Below are positions 51,201 through 64,000 of a stretch of 64,000 nucleotides of DNA, in pieces. Location: NCBI GenBank assembly GCA_973895155.1, contig OZ316892.1, positions 9,838,283 through 9,902,282 of the forward strand. The letters are read 5' to 3'. The first letter of the stretch is position 1, and each line of letters opens with the position of its first letter. Origin of the DNA: Marsupella aquatica. Lineage: Eukaryota; Plantae; Marchantiophyta. The position numbers and the translations under genes were made by a program. Below the pieces are notes generated by a model. That model had not been told where the DNA came from and made no database searches. It was given only the letters and a program-made list of their open reading frames with translations.

Positions 51201-51818
51201 CTAGGCTTGCCCAAGTCGACAATTTCTGCCTGGCTAAGGGATTGGGAAGGTCGCTGGTGGGCACTATTGGCAGGGGTACTGTGTAGCATTGGCAATGGGC
51301 TTCAGTTCATGGGAGGTCAAGCAGCTGGGTATGCAGCAGCAGACGCTGTTCAGGTTAGTCCAAGTCCCAACCATGTGTTCTTTATGGTTGATAATATAGC
51401 GAAGACCTTAAAGTCATAAAAATGGATGGAGAGGGACAAGAGCAAGAACCATAACCATAGAAAAGGGCTTGATAGAAAAACAGAAATAACGACTGGAAGT
51501 CAAGATGCAAAAAAATGCAAAACTCATGCCATTGAGAATGAATGTTCGGTTACCTGTCAAAGTCTTTGACTGAAAGTAAACAATGATAGATTGTTGTCAA
51601 GAATGCTACTCCTTGCAAGATTGTATCTCTCTGACGATTCTGACTACTTTTGTGCATTTTTGTAGGCTTTGCCCTTGGTGAGTACCTTCTGGGGCGTCCT
51701 TCTCTTCAAAGAATATCATCGATCATCTCGTAAAACCTACACTTTTCTGGTAGGTATGATTGTCATGTTCATTGTGGCCGTGGCCCTCTTGGCAAGCTCA
51801 GCAGGGCACCGAAAATGA
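48264..51818 (+). CDS. UPS: Ureide permease (allantoin/uric acid/pyrimidine transporter), multi-exon
   Basis: Exons: 48264-48500 (MYLIHDKGGAIALM..LGTWPA...ERRGRL.QHTYLDYSITN), 49651-49789 (DNGPSVGFALAGG..LS.GNLATQY), 49905-~50140 (GTTMNYFLDGRINRAEILFPGVACFLIAV), ~50721/50743-50807 (GSAQYFQELDDKRAVK), 50979-51353 (FSPAFNLATNDQWH.LKPGVPHLVVYTAFFYFS...GNGLQFMGGQAAGYAAADAVQ), 51666-51818 (ALPLVSTFWG..LF.EY.RSSRKTY...SAGHRK*). Splicing of the central loop is ambiguous. Confidence 0.95.
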
Positions 51819-52959
51819 TCTCAGTATTGGCCATGGGATAGGATTGTGGCGGCAGAAGCTAGATTGTGGTGTCCAATGTGAATCCCAGATGCTGGCAATC
51901 TTGGTCCCAAAGAATATGGACCTCCTGTTTATGAGTATTAGTCGAACTGCCAACTTAGGTTGTCATTATATCATAGATGTAAAATATACCCATACTGTTT
52001 CAAATTTCACTCGATGCACATTCTGCCGGGACTATCATATTGATAAGTGTTCCAATTCAGGCTGTCATTCTTCAAACAGAATAATTAAATAAAAATTGAT
52101 CAGGGAAGCGTCTGGAAAGTGTACTTCACATTCGTCAACATCAAATCTTCCAAGAGACTGGTCTCTATACACCTTGAGCCATTCCTGATTTCGGAAAGCT
52201 GCGGCCCCTCTCAACCTCTGGATAGACACAACCATAAATGCCTTGTACTACTCCCCACCAACTCCACCAGCGAGGATGAACCTGGTCATCACTACAATCA
52301 GTCAGACCTCACTCCTCTACCACATTGTTGAGTAGTGACAGACAACCTGCCTTCAAACCTTGTGGCAAGAACCTGAGTCCACCAATAGAACCTGGGAGGC
52401 ACCATCATGTCCCTTTAAAGTGTTCTATGGACAGTCACTACTTCCACAAACAGTCCCATTCAAGCCCAATGAAAGATGTGATGGGGCCCTTGTAGGGAAA
52501 TAATAAAAACAGACAAAGACCTTGTTGAGGTCCGTCTCTGCAAGCTGTGTGTGTCCCCAGCAGCAACCAGGTCGTCACTTTGCAACAATGTTTAGGATCT
52601 ATACCAACTGCTTCCCGTCACACCAAAGTCTGTCACAAAAATGCAGCCTCGCAACAAGAAGTCTTCATTGTGGACCCTCAAGATTGCAGCAGAGTGGTGA
52701 CCCAGTTGCTGCAGCAGCACCACGATTGTGGTGCTCGCTACTGGGAAGTGGATGTGGCCCAACAGGGGATACACAAGGGTTTCTGGGACAAGGGCCCAGA
52801 TGCCCCTTTCAAAAGAAGGGGCATCATGGGGGTTCTATTGTCCAATTTAAATTTTGTCAACATGTTCTCTAATGTCCAATTTAATACCTCACAAAGTTTG
52901 AGCTTTTTCTGAGACTATTTACCCCATTTTCAACAAGCACAAAAGTGAATATTATAAAC

Positions 52960-53370
52960 CATTTGGAAATGGATGTTTCACTAAAATGAAGGACACCCTG
53001 AGTATTTTGAACATGAACACCTAATCACCATGTTTTTGGAAGGATGCTTCACTTTTGTGAAGAAAGTCCTGAGTAGTTTGGGCTAGGGGCAAATTCCCAC
53101 GTTTTTGGAAGGATGCTTCACTTTTGCAAAAGATGCCCTTAGTAGCTTCCGCATGAGCAGGGAATTGCCACTTTTTTGGAAGTATATTTCACTTTTGCGA
53201 AGGACACCTTGAGTAGTTTGGGCATAATAAACAAATCATCACTTTTGGGTTTGCAAAGGACATCTTGAGTAGTTTGCATAATCAACAAATCATCACTTTT
53301 GGGTAAGGACGTTTCACTTGTTTGAAGGAGCCTCTAAGTAGTTTGGGCATGAGCATCAACTTACCACCAG
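52960..53370. repeat. Degenerate ~70-bp minisatellite, ~6 copies
   Basis: TTTTGGAAGGATGCTTCACTTTTG..AAGGACA.C.TGAGTAGTTTGGGCAT recurs, e.g. at 53035, 53103 and 53174. Confidence 0.8.
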
Positions 53371-55798
53371 GTAAACACTTTGAAGCAGTTGAAACAGGTT
53401 GCAAACGGTCAAGAGCCTATTCACAGGTCAGATTTCAATTGAGATTTTCAAAGGTGCTCCTCGATTTCTTTTAGATGTTCTGTGCCATTCCATCCAAGCT
53501 TTGGAAATCCATCCATGCAGATGCCTCAGTCCATCCAATTTTCTTTTCTCTGTTTTTATACATATTATTTTCATTTTGAAAGAAATGTATACACTGAAAA
53601 AGCCAGTGCTTACACCAAGATCTTGATATTTCCATGACAAAATTCTTTCCGGGTTTCACCAGGATGTCAAAGTTCTTTGCTACTTGGGCCCAGAATATAA
53701 ATAATTAGTTGTTTTTTTTCGCAAACCGAGATTGCACTACTGTAATTGATCAGAGGCAGTAAATAGCGCCGAGTCTACAAAGTACACGATAGTTCTGACA
53801 GTAAATATTTCTCCGTACAGCCGTACTCACGTACTAAATAGGGTCCAAAGTCCAAAGTCCAAAACGGACAGCCTATTTATTATGGCAGACTTTTACCTCA
53901 AGAGTCAAATACATTCGCAGTAAATGAGTGTTTGACTCCTAGGCCAACAATATCAGCCAAAGTAGATTCCCTGTGGGTCAAATAGGGAATTACGTTGACC
54001 TGGAGTTACACAGAGTTACTATTTGCTGACCTAGACATACCCAGGGTTACACCGTTACACTGTTACACTGACTTGCTCTACTTCAGGTGTTTGCCTCCAA
54101 TCTGGACAAGATAGCAACGTACGTCTATCCACTATGTAGAACTTTTCCTCTACCTGAGTGGTGTGACATCTACGGCCCAATCGTTCCCGGGAAAGTTTAA
54201 TGGATAACTTTGACCGTTGATCTGCCCGTCCAAAGCCTGCCATTAGTCATCTCCAACAGTGGATAAAGTCTGCCAACTGTAGACTAACTGCCCAATTGTA
54301 TTTGAGCTGATATTCACTCCCAAGGTCAATTCACAACCACCACGTAGATCAATGGTTCATGTTTTGCAATGTTTCTGATAAATCCATATATATATAGATG
54401 GAGATAGATGGAGAGATATAATGGATCCCCCAAAATGAAAGTCTATTTTGAGACACTCTTGAGCAACCCAGACCCATGATGAACCTCAAATAGACCTTCC
54501 CAAGACCTCCTGGGGTGATGGGATACATTAAGTAACGCTTTCCAATTTAGGGGTGGATCAGCTATATCTCTCTCCAATATGTGACTTATGCCTATTTAGA
54601 TGACCAATTGTGTTTGTTGCTGGTACTTACTGAAATATTCCAGTCTGACAGACTCACGCAACAGACAGTTGTTCAGACTTGTCCGCAAATGGTCCGAGCT
54701 GGAGTACTTCTTAGCAGCATTAACCGTCACCTCAATATTGGGGTTTGCTTGATGGTGCACCGAAGTGGTGTAGAATTGGCTCTCGACCCATATGTTATAT
54801 ATGCTAACAATTTGGATACCAAATGGATATTCAAACCACTTTCCTGATTATGCACTCCCCCATGCACTCCTCTTACTCTGTTCTTCCCCACTCACCTGAC
54901 CCTTGCATTGTCTTTTAGCCCTTCTTTCCACCCTCAATTTTAGAGGCGGCCATATTCCGCATCTACAATTTTCTCAAGATAAACCTTTTTGCAATGCATG
55001 GCCACTGTTCTAGTTTTGTTATAACTAGTAGGGTTTTAATTGTCCCAAGTTTCTCATCACAAACAATTTTTTTGTCCATTTAAAATATCTCTTGAGAGTC
55101 CAGATTCCAAAGACTTGTAAATTTATTCCGCCCGGGATTCCACCAAGACTTTTCCAGTATGACCAAAATTATAAAGAGGTCAATTTTCCCAATGCAGCTT
55201 CCTTATCCTTAATGGTGAATGATGGATTTCCATGGAGTTGTCCCAAACAAACTTTGGCTAGGCCAATTAATTTACACTAAACTAAAGTTTTTTGGACTGT
55301 AGCTATATGGAAATGAACCCATCATTTGCAAGTCAAGCGTTAGGAAGTTGAGTTGTGAAAATTGACGTGTTAAAAACTTTAGATAGGCTTCCCCAGGAAA
55401 AAACTTTAGATAGGCCAAATTTCCCAACTCATTTTCCTTAGTGTCCTTTACCAGTGAAATGATGGGGTTCCATACTACCATACAATCAATTACAGTCTAG
55501 TCTGAAGGTAGTTATGGTAAGCGGATAGATCCAAATAACCAGGAAGCAAGTGGGCCATCATGTCATGCACATACGTCACCCTACGGCTCAAAGTAGATAA
55601 GTGTAATTTGTTGCCGCTGGAAAAGGTGAGAATCTAGTGAGAGTCTAGCTCCATTTAGGGTGCGAGCTTCTTTTAATGGTTGGTGAATAGCTTTTCAGGG
55701 AGCAAGCCATTTAACATTGTTGTAGGGAGACGGGGGGAATCATGAAATCTCTCACACCTTCAGTGCATTGTTGATCCAAATGAGTCATTATAGAGACA

Positions 55799-56031
55799 CG
55801 AACGCTATGCCAGTGCTTTGCAGTGTGCAAAGAGGGCAGGCCCATAGGGATTGGTCCGGGCATTATTGGGCAGTGTGGAACAAATATGTGATAGGGGTGT
55901 GTATTTCTTTCATCAATGGTGAGTTAAAACAGCTAATCAAATCCAACGGCTGTGGATCTTTCCTGCACAGAAGCTTTTTTGTATGGTGACGAAGGACGAA
56001 AAAAGGTGGGATCCCTTATTATAGTTGTAGA
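55799..56031 (-). mobile_element. Short non-autonomous Helitron-like element (copy 1)
   Basis: On minus: A|TCTACAACTATAATAAGGGATC ... CTGCAAAGCACTGGCATAGCGTTCG|T. Homologous along its length to 63109-63323. Confidence 0.65.
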
Positions 56032-56799
56032 TTTGGAGGCATTGCACAACTCATATCGGGCTCACCTCTGATTATCTAGCCATGGGAGACTCTATTTAGG
56101 GCATTGGACAGTTGAAATGTGATTGAGCCATAGTAGAAAGAGGCCAATGTGTTCTTTCAGGCAGTGAGGGAATAATTTTGTGAGGATGAAACATGTAATG
56201 TGTGGTAAGAAGAAAATTATTTTCCATGTCACTGTTAAAATAACTCATTCAGAATTATACTTATATGCCAAAAATTAACTTCTATAATACATCATTGCGC
56301 CTTTTTTCCCCTGTCCATCATTCAAATTTGCAGGGCATAAAAAATAAGAAATCTGGTAGAATGGAAGAATATAGACAAAATAAATTTAGTTTAGTGTGAA
56401 TGAAAAAGAGTCACACCAATGTACAAGTAGGAGAGAATCAAATGGGATAACCAAACAAAAAATTGAAGTCACTAACACAAGGATCAAAGAGTATCCTCCC
56501 TCCATGATCCATGATAGGGAATATTATACATACTCAATAAGGTTTACATATTCAATAGAGTGAGATAGTGCATAGCTTAGTGTAATATTAATACAAATTA
56601 AATTTCAGATACTATTTCAGTCAATAGAGGACTACATACACTAATCAAATAAAACATCATCCTCCCAATATTTAGGGTGATTTTTTATATTCAACTTTTG
56701 TGCCATTTTCACTGCAAAAAAAAAAAAAGTTATAAGGTTCAGAGACATAGTAAAGATCATGGCACTGGCGTTGATGGCAAGGTGTCGGGCGAGGGGCAC

Positions 56800-57740
56800 A
56801 CTTGCACTTGATGACATCTTTTTACTTCACACTATCTTTCACATATTTACCCATTTGGTACCACATCAGCTTTTTACTCGACAACATCTTTTATTTATGG
56901 CAACTTTCACTTAACGACTTCTTTGGCAAAACAACTTCTTTTTTGTTAACCACAATTTTTTACTTGATGACAACAGTTTACTTGACAACATGTTCGGAAA
57001 AGTGACTCCTTTTTCCTTAACAACATTTTTTTTACTTAACAACATTTATTTACTTGACAACGTCTTTCAAATAACTACATATTTGGCGAAACAACTTCAT
57101 TGTGCTTAACTACATCATTTTACTTCATGGCATCTTTCACAAAACGACATCGTGGGTGACACAACATCTTTTGTGCACGCACAGGTATTAAGCTATTTTG
57201 TATTTAACAACATTGTTATACTTAATGAAACCTTTCGCATAATGCTTTACAACATCATCGGCAACACGACCTCTATTTCTTCCACAACCTCTTGGTTGAC
57301 ACGGCATCTTTTGTTCTCAACTACTTCTTGGCCGACACGACATCTTTTGTTGTCACTGACATCTTGCCTGACACAACATCTTTCTTCTCAACAACCTCTT
57401 TGCCGACACGACACCTTTTTTTCTCAACGACTTCTTGGCCGACACAACATCTTTTGTTGTCACTGACATCTTGGCTGACACAACATCTTTCTTCTCAACG
57501 ACCTCTTGGCCGACACGACATCTTTTGTTCTCATCGGCATCTTGGCCGCCCGCTTGGCTGACATGACATCTTTTGTTCTCAATGACATCTTGGGCGACAC
57601 GGTATCTTTCTTCTCAACGACCTCTTGGCCTACACGACATATTTCTTCTCAACAACCTCTTGGCCGACACTACCTCTTTTGTTCTCAACGACATCTTGGT
57701 TGTCATGACATCTTTTGTGCACAGGTATTGAGCTAGTGTC
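56800..57740. repeat. Degenerate ~36-bp (18-bp based) minisatellite
   Basis: CCGACACGACATCTTTTGTTCTCAACGACCTCTTGG units at 57290-57715 with more decayed copies to the left. The block is bounded by two copies of TTTTGTGCAC(GCAC)AGGTATTRAGCTA (~57169, ~57713). Confidence 0.85.
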
Positions 57741-58832
57741 ACCTGCTTATCAAACGATTTACACGACAAATACGTATTTACTCCTACTAAAATCATTTGT
57801 TATCGTATGACGGGAACATGGAGGGACGCTATTAGGATTCTATTGCATGTAGGATGAGTATGTTTTTTTCCGCTCCCGGAAATGTAATTTTTGATCAAGT
57901 CTACTGACTAGCCGCTCTGCTTTTGATCAAGTCCCATGGACTACACCACACACACTCCTACTGGTCGTTGGTGGAGTGCTGTCACCACCCCTCCTACTCA
58001 CATGGTTGACCAAACCGTGCAAGGATTCCTTAGACGCTTCTTGGGGAAAGAACACAATCGTGAACCAGAAAAGGTAACACCACAACAAAACTTGAGGAAT
58101 CAAACCAAATCCATATCTTTTGGCAAAACGTCGTAACACATTGCAAGGACAACCCGGCCTCCTGCCGTCTGCCCAACTACTGCCTCCCTGGGGCAAGTGC
58201 TACACTTCTACCTCACTACTCTGGCTTGATTCCCTCTTCTGGCTATGAGCTAACTTCCCTAAGCAAACACTAGATTGAGTTCCCCCCCTCACTACTCCGG
58301 GGCTCTCCCCCTAAATACTGAAAAAAACACACCAAAGCACCCCTCACGGGATCACCATGGTGGCGGCCACCCTAGCGGCGCCGCTAAAACCTTGCATAAA
58401 CTTTCACACAAGAAAATCCCTAATCCTAAACCATGTGGCACACACATGCTCCTAAAACCCTAATCTAACAATGGGACCGACGGTGCCTTCGACGGCGCCC
58501 CAACATCGCTTCGTAAATCACGAAAAATGCAAGGGACCTCACAATTGCCGAAACTTGGTGCCACTCTGATTTCACCTCTGAGCTCACCCCTGGGTAGCCC
58601 TACTCCCCCTGATCATGAATCACAAAACCACTCCCGAAACGGACGTCAAACGACCAAGTTATGGTCGTTTCAGTATCACTTACTTACCAACTTCGTCGGC
58701 CCCTAACTTACTCATCCTGGCTCCGTTTGAGGAGCGCCGCCTCTTGTTGGAATCAGCTCCGTGAGCTCTTTCCAACAAGCCCGTGAGTGCACCTTTCCAA
58801 AAAATTTCACAATCCAGAGGTCGTATGATAAG

Positions 58833-59164
58833 TGTTAAGGATTGCTCTTAGTCTTGTGACTCATAGGTTACGGCACTTAGGCTAACCACAGTTAGGATCT
58901 TAGCTGAGGTTAGGTTAGTCGTGTGTGACCTTGTATATACCAGGGCTAGTGTAAGCCGCTGGTGTGTGGTGCTTACTCATTGTAACAGAGCAACAGGAGG
59001 AAGAGAGAGGGCATGTGTGTTTGTCTACTCTTGAAGTAAAGCTTGAGTGTTCGTGTGGACGTAGCCTTGGAGAAGAGGTGAACCACGTAGAGATTGTGTC
59101 GACTACGTGTGCATGGAATGAGTCATGGTTGTATGGTCGTTGCGAATGACGTCTTAGTTCAACA
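58833..59164 (+). mobile_element. Solo LTR (332 bp) of a copia-type retrotransposon
   Basis: TGTT...AACA termini with a perfect 5-bp TSD ATAAG (58828-58832, 59165-59169). Internal TATATA, and a GTGGACGTAG...GAACCACGTA motif also present in the LTRs of the element at 3621-9668. Confidence 0.88.
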
Positions 59165-59183
59165 ATAAGTCCGTACGGCTACC

Positions 59184-61013
59184 CTAGTCCTCCTCCTCCT
59201 CACTCACGGTGCCATAGCTTGAGCCCCGTGAGTTGGTCTCTTCGTCGCTCTCAATCGGAGTGGAGACTACTACGCTTCTCTTCTTCTTCACAGGTGTACT
59301 CCTCCCACTAGTGCTCCCTTGCTTCCTCAATGCTGCCAAGGCTTGCCAAGCCCTGACATAGCCTTCACCGATGGTATCCTTCCACAAGGCAGCCTCCTCT
59401 CCAGATTGCAACTCCAACGGTAAAACCTGCCCGGTGGCCATGGGAGTCCCTGGTGTCACAGATCTGGGCGGCATCCCCGGGGTTCCCGTATTGACCTGGG
59501 CCTCCCGTAACGACTTACGTACCTCCTTGAGCTTTTTCTCCAAGCTCTTATTCTTCTCCTGATTCTTCTTGGCAGCTTCCAGCAAGGGACCGTACTTCTC
59601 ACTTACTTCCTTCACCACCATCTCAATGGCCTTGGAGACCAGGTCAGGGGAAAGCGTGGAGCTAGGTGGGCAGGGACTTTTCCGCTTCCCCAGACTCAAG
59701 GCCTCACTCCTTTTGGCCCTAGTCTCAAAGATCCCCACCTGACTCCGTAGTTCTGCAATCTGGCCTCTTAACCTTTCCACTTCTCCCGTGTTCCGCTTCT
59801 CTTTGGCCAATGCTTCTCTTAGCACTCCAACTTCCTCTGCTTCTTTGGCCTTAGTAGACAGGGCCCCCCTCAAGTGAGAAATCTCCACTTGAGCCGCCTG
59901 GAGCAGCTTGGCCTTCTCTTGTATGGCCTCCTCCTTAGCTTTTATCACCTCCTTCATCGACATGGCACCCTGCTGCAATGTTTCCACCATTGTGTTGGCC
60001 TGCTTGAGCGCATCTCTCAATGTGTGGGCTAGCTTGAGCCCCTCATGGGCCCCTTCACGAAAATCCCATAGTTCCGCCAAGTAGACCTCCGGAATGTCAT
60101 AGGTAAGGGGCTCCTCTGGGTTCCCCACCAGAGATTCTAGCCACTCCAATGTGTACTCCTCATCCTGGATGTCCTCATCTTGACTGTCTCCAATTCCTGC
60201 TGACACTGCTGGCACCTCCGTGAGTTTCCCCAAGATGGTAGTGGCAATGCTGCGGATTTCTGTGGTAAGGGATGACCCAGCTTCTTCTGGTCCCGGGGAG
60301 GCAATCAACCCTTCTGCCCTGGCCCCTGGTTTCAGACTCTTGGGTTCAGCAGCCAATAGCTTTGTCAATCCGTAATACCACCATTCGTAAGCATGGGCTG
60401 GATATTTCCGAATATCTAGAGCAATTATGAAATGCTCCCCATTCACTACCCTGGATTGCACATTACCAAGGACCTGTTGATGAACCTTGGCCAGAAATCC
60501 CTTGTGTGCTGCATCCTTGACGGCCGAGAGATGAATGGCCGTGGTGGAGGTAGGATTGTTCACCTAGCATGCCACCATTGTCAACGTGAGATCCCCAACA
60601 ATGTTTCGGGGGGTGAATGAGAACTGGTGGTTCTCCAAAAACATAAGCTTAGCCAATTCTGCATGAGGTACCAAACGTTGAATACATGCAAAATAAATCC
60701 CCTCCGTGCGCAATTCCATTCCAGCCTCCAAGTCCCAATTCTTCCCTGGAGGGATTCTAATCTCTGCTCTCATGAAGTCGGTGAGCCCGGTGGCCTGGAA
60801 CATGGCTTTGCAATCCACCATCACCTTGGCAGAGGTCTTGGGATAAATTCGACGGAAAACCTTCCTCATAACCGGTGCTGGACTTGCTGCCGGTCCAGTG
60901 CTCATTGCCGCTCTTTCTTCTCCCTCCCCCTGAATTAGTGTTGCAATGTACTCACGGTAAGCGGCCTTGTATCTACGAATGCGAGCCACGCTGAACTCAG
61001 GCCGATCAAGCAT
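59184..61013 (-). pseudogene. ~610-codon intronless coiled-coil ORF with one in-frame stop, probably a TE accessory gene
   Basis: ORFs 60564-61013 and 59184-60563 are in the same frame, separated only by TAG (60566-60564). Long K/E/A-rich heptad region and an acidic C-terminus. Upstream on minus there is a CCTATATTA motif (~61310) with a CT-rich leader. No domain recognised. Confidence 0.6.
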
Positions 61014-61774
61014 TCATGCTCAGGAAAAAATAATACTCAATCACAAAATCCCGTCACCGGATGTAAGCCCTGGCCCGAACGGCCCCCGTATCCCGATTAA
61101 GAACCACCCTCAATTTCCCCCGAAGTCACTCAATGCCGTCACCCCTAATGCCCAAAAAAATGAGTCACCAAGCTCCCATAATCAACCATGAGAGAGCTTC
61201 AAAAATAATTGCAAGAGCTGGAGAGAGCTTTCGGCAATGAGGGAAATTGCTTTCGGCAAAGAGAGAAATTGCTCGCGTAGAAAGTAGGGAAGGAGAAAAA
61301 AAGCTAATATAGGGGAAAGGGAAGGAAAACCCCTTTCGCCTTGCGCCCCGGCTTGCGACCCTATGCAGGGCGCGCGCAGGCCGCCACACGGCTGCCCCCC
61401 TTACGGGGGTTTTACGTTCTTATTTCCCTCCCCCCCGTTTTCTCTCTAATCCTTCCTCGTCTGCCTGCGGCTGCTCCTTGGCCTGGGCAGCCCTCTTCCA
61501 CTCGCGGCAGCCTTTTCCTGCCCCGACTCGCTTCTTCACGCGGCACGCGACCCTATGCAGGGCGCACCGCCTCATTACTCCCGGCCTCTGCCTCCCGTTT
61601 CTGCCTCCCGTTTGTGCCTCCCTCCCGGGAGGGTATAAAGTGACTCCCCCCCGGCTGCGCCCCGTTTTGGGGAATTTAATTTCCCCCCCGGCAGCCTCAC
61701 TCCCGGCCACCACTCGCGGCTCACTGGCTCACCTCCCGGGAGGGTATAAAGTGACTCCCCCCCGTTTTTGCCCC

Positions 61775-62010
61775 TCGATACCCTCCTGGTCTTGGGTACC
61801 CTCCTTCGCCCTCGGTACCCTGCTGCGCCCGGTACCCTCCTGTCCCGGGTACCCTGCTGCTCCCGGTACCCTCCTGGTCTTGGGTACCCTCCTTCGCCCT
61901 CGGTACCCTGCTTCTCTCGGTACCCTGCTTCCCCCGGTACCCTGCTTCCCCCGGATACCCTCCTGGTCTTGGTACCCTCCTGGTCTTGGGTACCCCCTTG
62001 GTACCCTCTC
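61775..62010. repeat. GGTACCC-anchored short tandem repeat, ~14 units mostly 17-19 bp
   Basis: Series GGTACCCTCCTGGTCTTG / GGTACCCTCCTTCGCCCTC / GGTACCCTGCTTCCCCC. Confidence 0.92.
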
Positions 62011-63108
62011 TCTTAAAGTTCCTCTCCCTACTCCTTGCTATTGGGGCCCCCGGAAATGGCCATAAAATAATGGAGAATCCCCCAAAGCAGGGCCTTCCAT
62101 CAAGTTCTATTTCTAAGGGCCCAACGTATAAAATACTCCGGTCCAACATAAGTGACCGAATTAACTTTAAAAATTAAAAAAAAGGCGTATTTACAATGGT
62201 TATTTTCATGGCACAACCTCAGTAAACAATTATGGAGGGTTTTCAGTGACGGGAACCCCGTCACAGCTAGTAAGAGATTTTTCTTGCTATGGGCAACCAC
62301 AAAAACCGTTCTTACTCAAAACCAAATCACTCCTTATGTCTTTGTGTAGTAGATAATTGATTATGAAACTGTTGTTAAGTTTCCAATGGTGAACAAGAGG
62401 GGAATTGAGGCACATAGTTAGGAATATCAGGCATATTTATAATGCAGTGTCATTATATATGTAGCACATTGGTGGTGACCTTTGTTTTGGACTGACAGGT
62501 GGAGGGCTGAAAGCAAGCCCTGCTTTAATCTCTGACTAAGAATTCATGGCCGTGAATAGGGGCAAAATTGCAAAACTAAATATTTAAGTTGAAACAGGGC
62601 TGTAGAAGGTTCAACATTATTTGGCAGAAAAATAAATTAAAAAACATATATAGGGGGGTCAATTAACTTCAGATGGCAAGAATAATAAAGAGGACAACCC
62701 TCAGACATAGGCCAAAATTAAAATAATAACCAGAAGAATTGAGTTTTGGGAGACTGAAATAGATATGCCCCATATATAGCAGTGTCAAATTTTATTGCTT
62801 ACACACTTTAGACTATAGAAAAGCACCAAATGGCCACGTGAACTTTAGGAGAGGAAAGTAGCTCAACTTAGGTGTTACTTAATCTACTCCACTCCACTCA
62901 ACATTCACTCTAACAACAAATTGAAGTAGATTTATTCCACATGAACTCCATAGATGGGGGAACCGACAGGCCCCAGAAGAAGTACCAGTCTTTTTTCTTT
63001 CTTCCCCTCTCTACATCATTCTTTCTTCCCCTCTCTACATCACACAGCCAAAATTCTTCAAGGATACAAGTAGCCTCGCTGCTTCACAGAAAAAACTGGA
63101 TCATCCTA

Positions 63109-63323
63109 TCTACAACTATAATAAGGGATCTCGCATTTTTCATCCTTTGTCCCAATTTTAAAAAGCTCCAGGGCTGGAAAGATCCATAGCCGTTGGATTT
63201 AATTAGCTGTTTTCCATAAGCCTTGATAAAAAAAATGTGCACCCCTAGCACATATGTGCTTCCCACTGCCCCACAAATGCCCTGGCCCTCCTTGCACATT
63301 GCAACGCACTGGCATAGGGCTCG
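63109..63323 (+). mobile_element. Short non-autonomous Helitron-like element (copy 2)
   Basis: A|TCTACAACTATAATAAGGGATC ... TTGCAACGCACTGGCATAGGGCTCG|T. It has a 5' TC, a 3' subterminal TGCAACGCAC motif typical of plant Helitrons, an A|T target and no TSD. Confidence 0.7.
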
Positions 63324-64000
63324 TGGTAACATATAGCATTAAGAATTCAGTCCAAAGTACCAGCTAACTATGCAAGGTCACTCTAACAAAAACCATATTT
63401 GTCAAAACCATCTATCCCTCCATTCATAGAACTAAAGCATTGCAGTCAACACTGCTCAGACACCTGAACCACAAAGAACCAAGCCCAATCAGGCTAGAGC
63501 ATCCTGATTGAAGCAAAGTTTTTGGATTTACATGTATCAGTTCCAAATATGGAGGTTGCATTCCTTCAGGACCATGTTTGGCTAGTGTGTTTTTGCCAAA
63601 ATCTTACCTCCTCCTTGACCTCCACCAACTCTTGGCCAACAATATAACCCAAAATCAACGTCATTACTAACAAAACTTATTCACTCGGAATCAAACCAGA
63701 ATTTTAAAAAATAAATACTAACAAATTTTGCCTTTAGCGGGAGGGTTAGCCATTTCGTCCCGGCATTTCATTGAAGATCTGACAGCTCTCCTCAAGATCT
63801 GGAAAACTGACTGCCTTCCTTAACTTTATTCACAAGCATTTTAAGTGGGTCCCATCTATTTTCTCTCCTACTGTGGAACCTTGAGAAATTCGCCAGTCAA
63901 CCTCTCGCACAAAATCCAGAAAACAATCACTGCAGTACCGGTACAGTCCCACAGTAGCACGGCTACTTTTCCACTTTTCCTCCCCTTTCCTTGCCAAACC

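Noticed and set aside
54405-54580. Imperfect inverted repeat (GGAGAGATATA..GGATCC.CC.AAA) suggesting a MITE
   Set aside because: Too degenerate, no clear TSD, and only one copy in the window.
61341-62177. Overlapping 80-195-aa ORFs
   Set aside because: By-products of GC-rich tandem repeats lacking stop codons.
57808-62256. 10-bp direct repeat TGACGGGAAC at both ends of the TE-like block as a Mutator TSD
   Set aside because: No terminal inverted repeats inside the repeats; could be chance.

Overview
Eukaryotic land-plant genomic DNA with introns and plant transposons; the lineage cannot be fixed from sequence alone. From left to right it holds a decayed PIF/Harbinger-type nuclease gene and a complete but inactivated Ty1/copia LTR retrotransposon (326-bp LTRs, GTATG target-site duplication, tRNA-Met PBS). 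Next come an S-adenosylmethionine decarboxylase gene with the overlapping tiny and small uORFs, and a small intronless ORF resembling mitochondrial ribosomal protein mL60. The right half holds a multi-exon ureide permease gene, two short Helitron-like elements, a copia solo LTR, an interrupted ~610-codon coiled-coil ORF of probable TE origin, and several minisatellites. The most notable feature is an ~11.5-kb non-coding array (about 23.1-34.6 kb) of roughly 30 same-orientation fold-back units. They share a near-invariant ~25-nt 5' arm, a partly complementary 3' arm with compensatory substitutions, and free-varying loops and spacers. This is the signature of a very large polycistronic pre-miRNA-like cluster that I do not recognise as a known family. 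The transcribed strand and the mature RNA are inferences and need small-RNA data.
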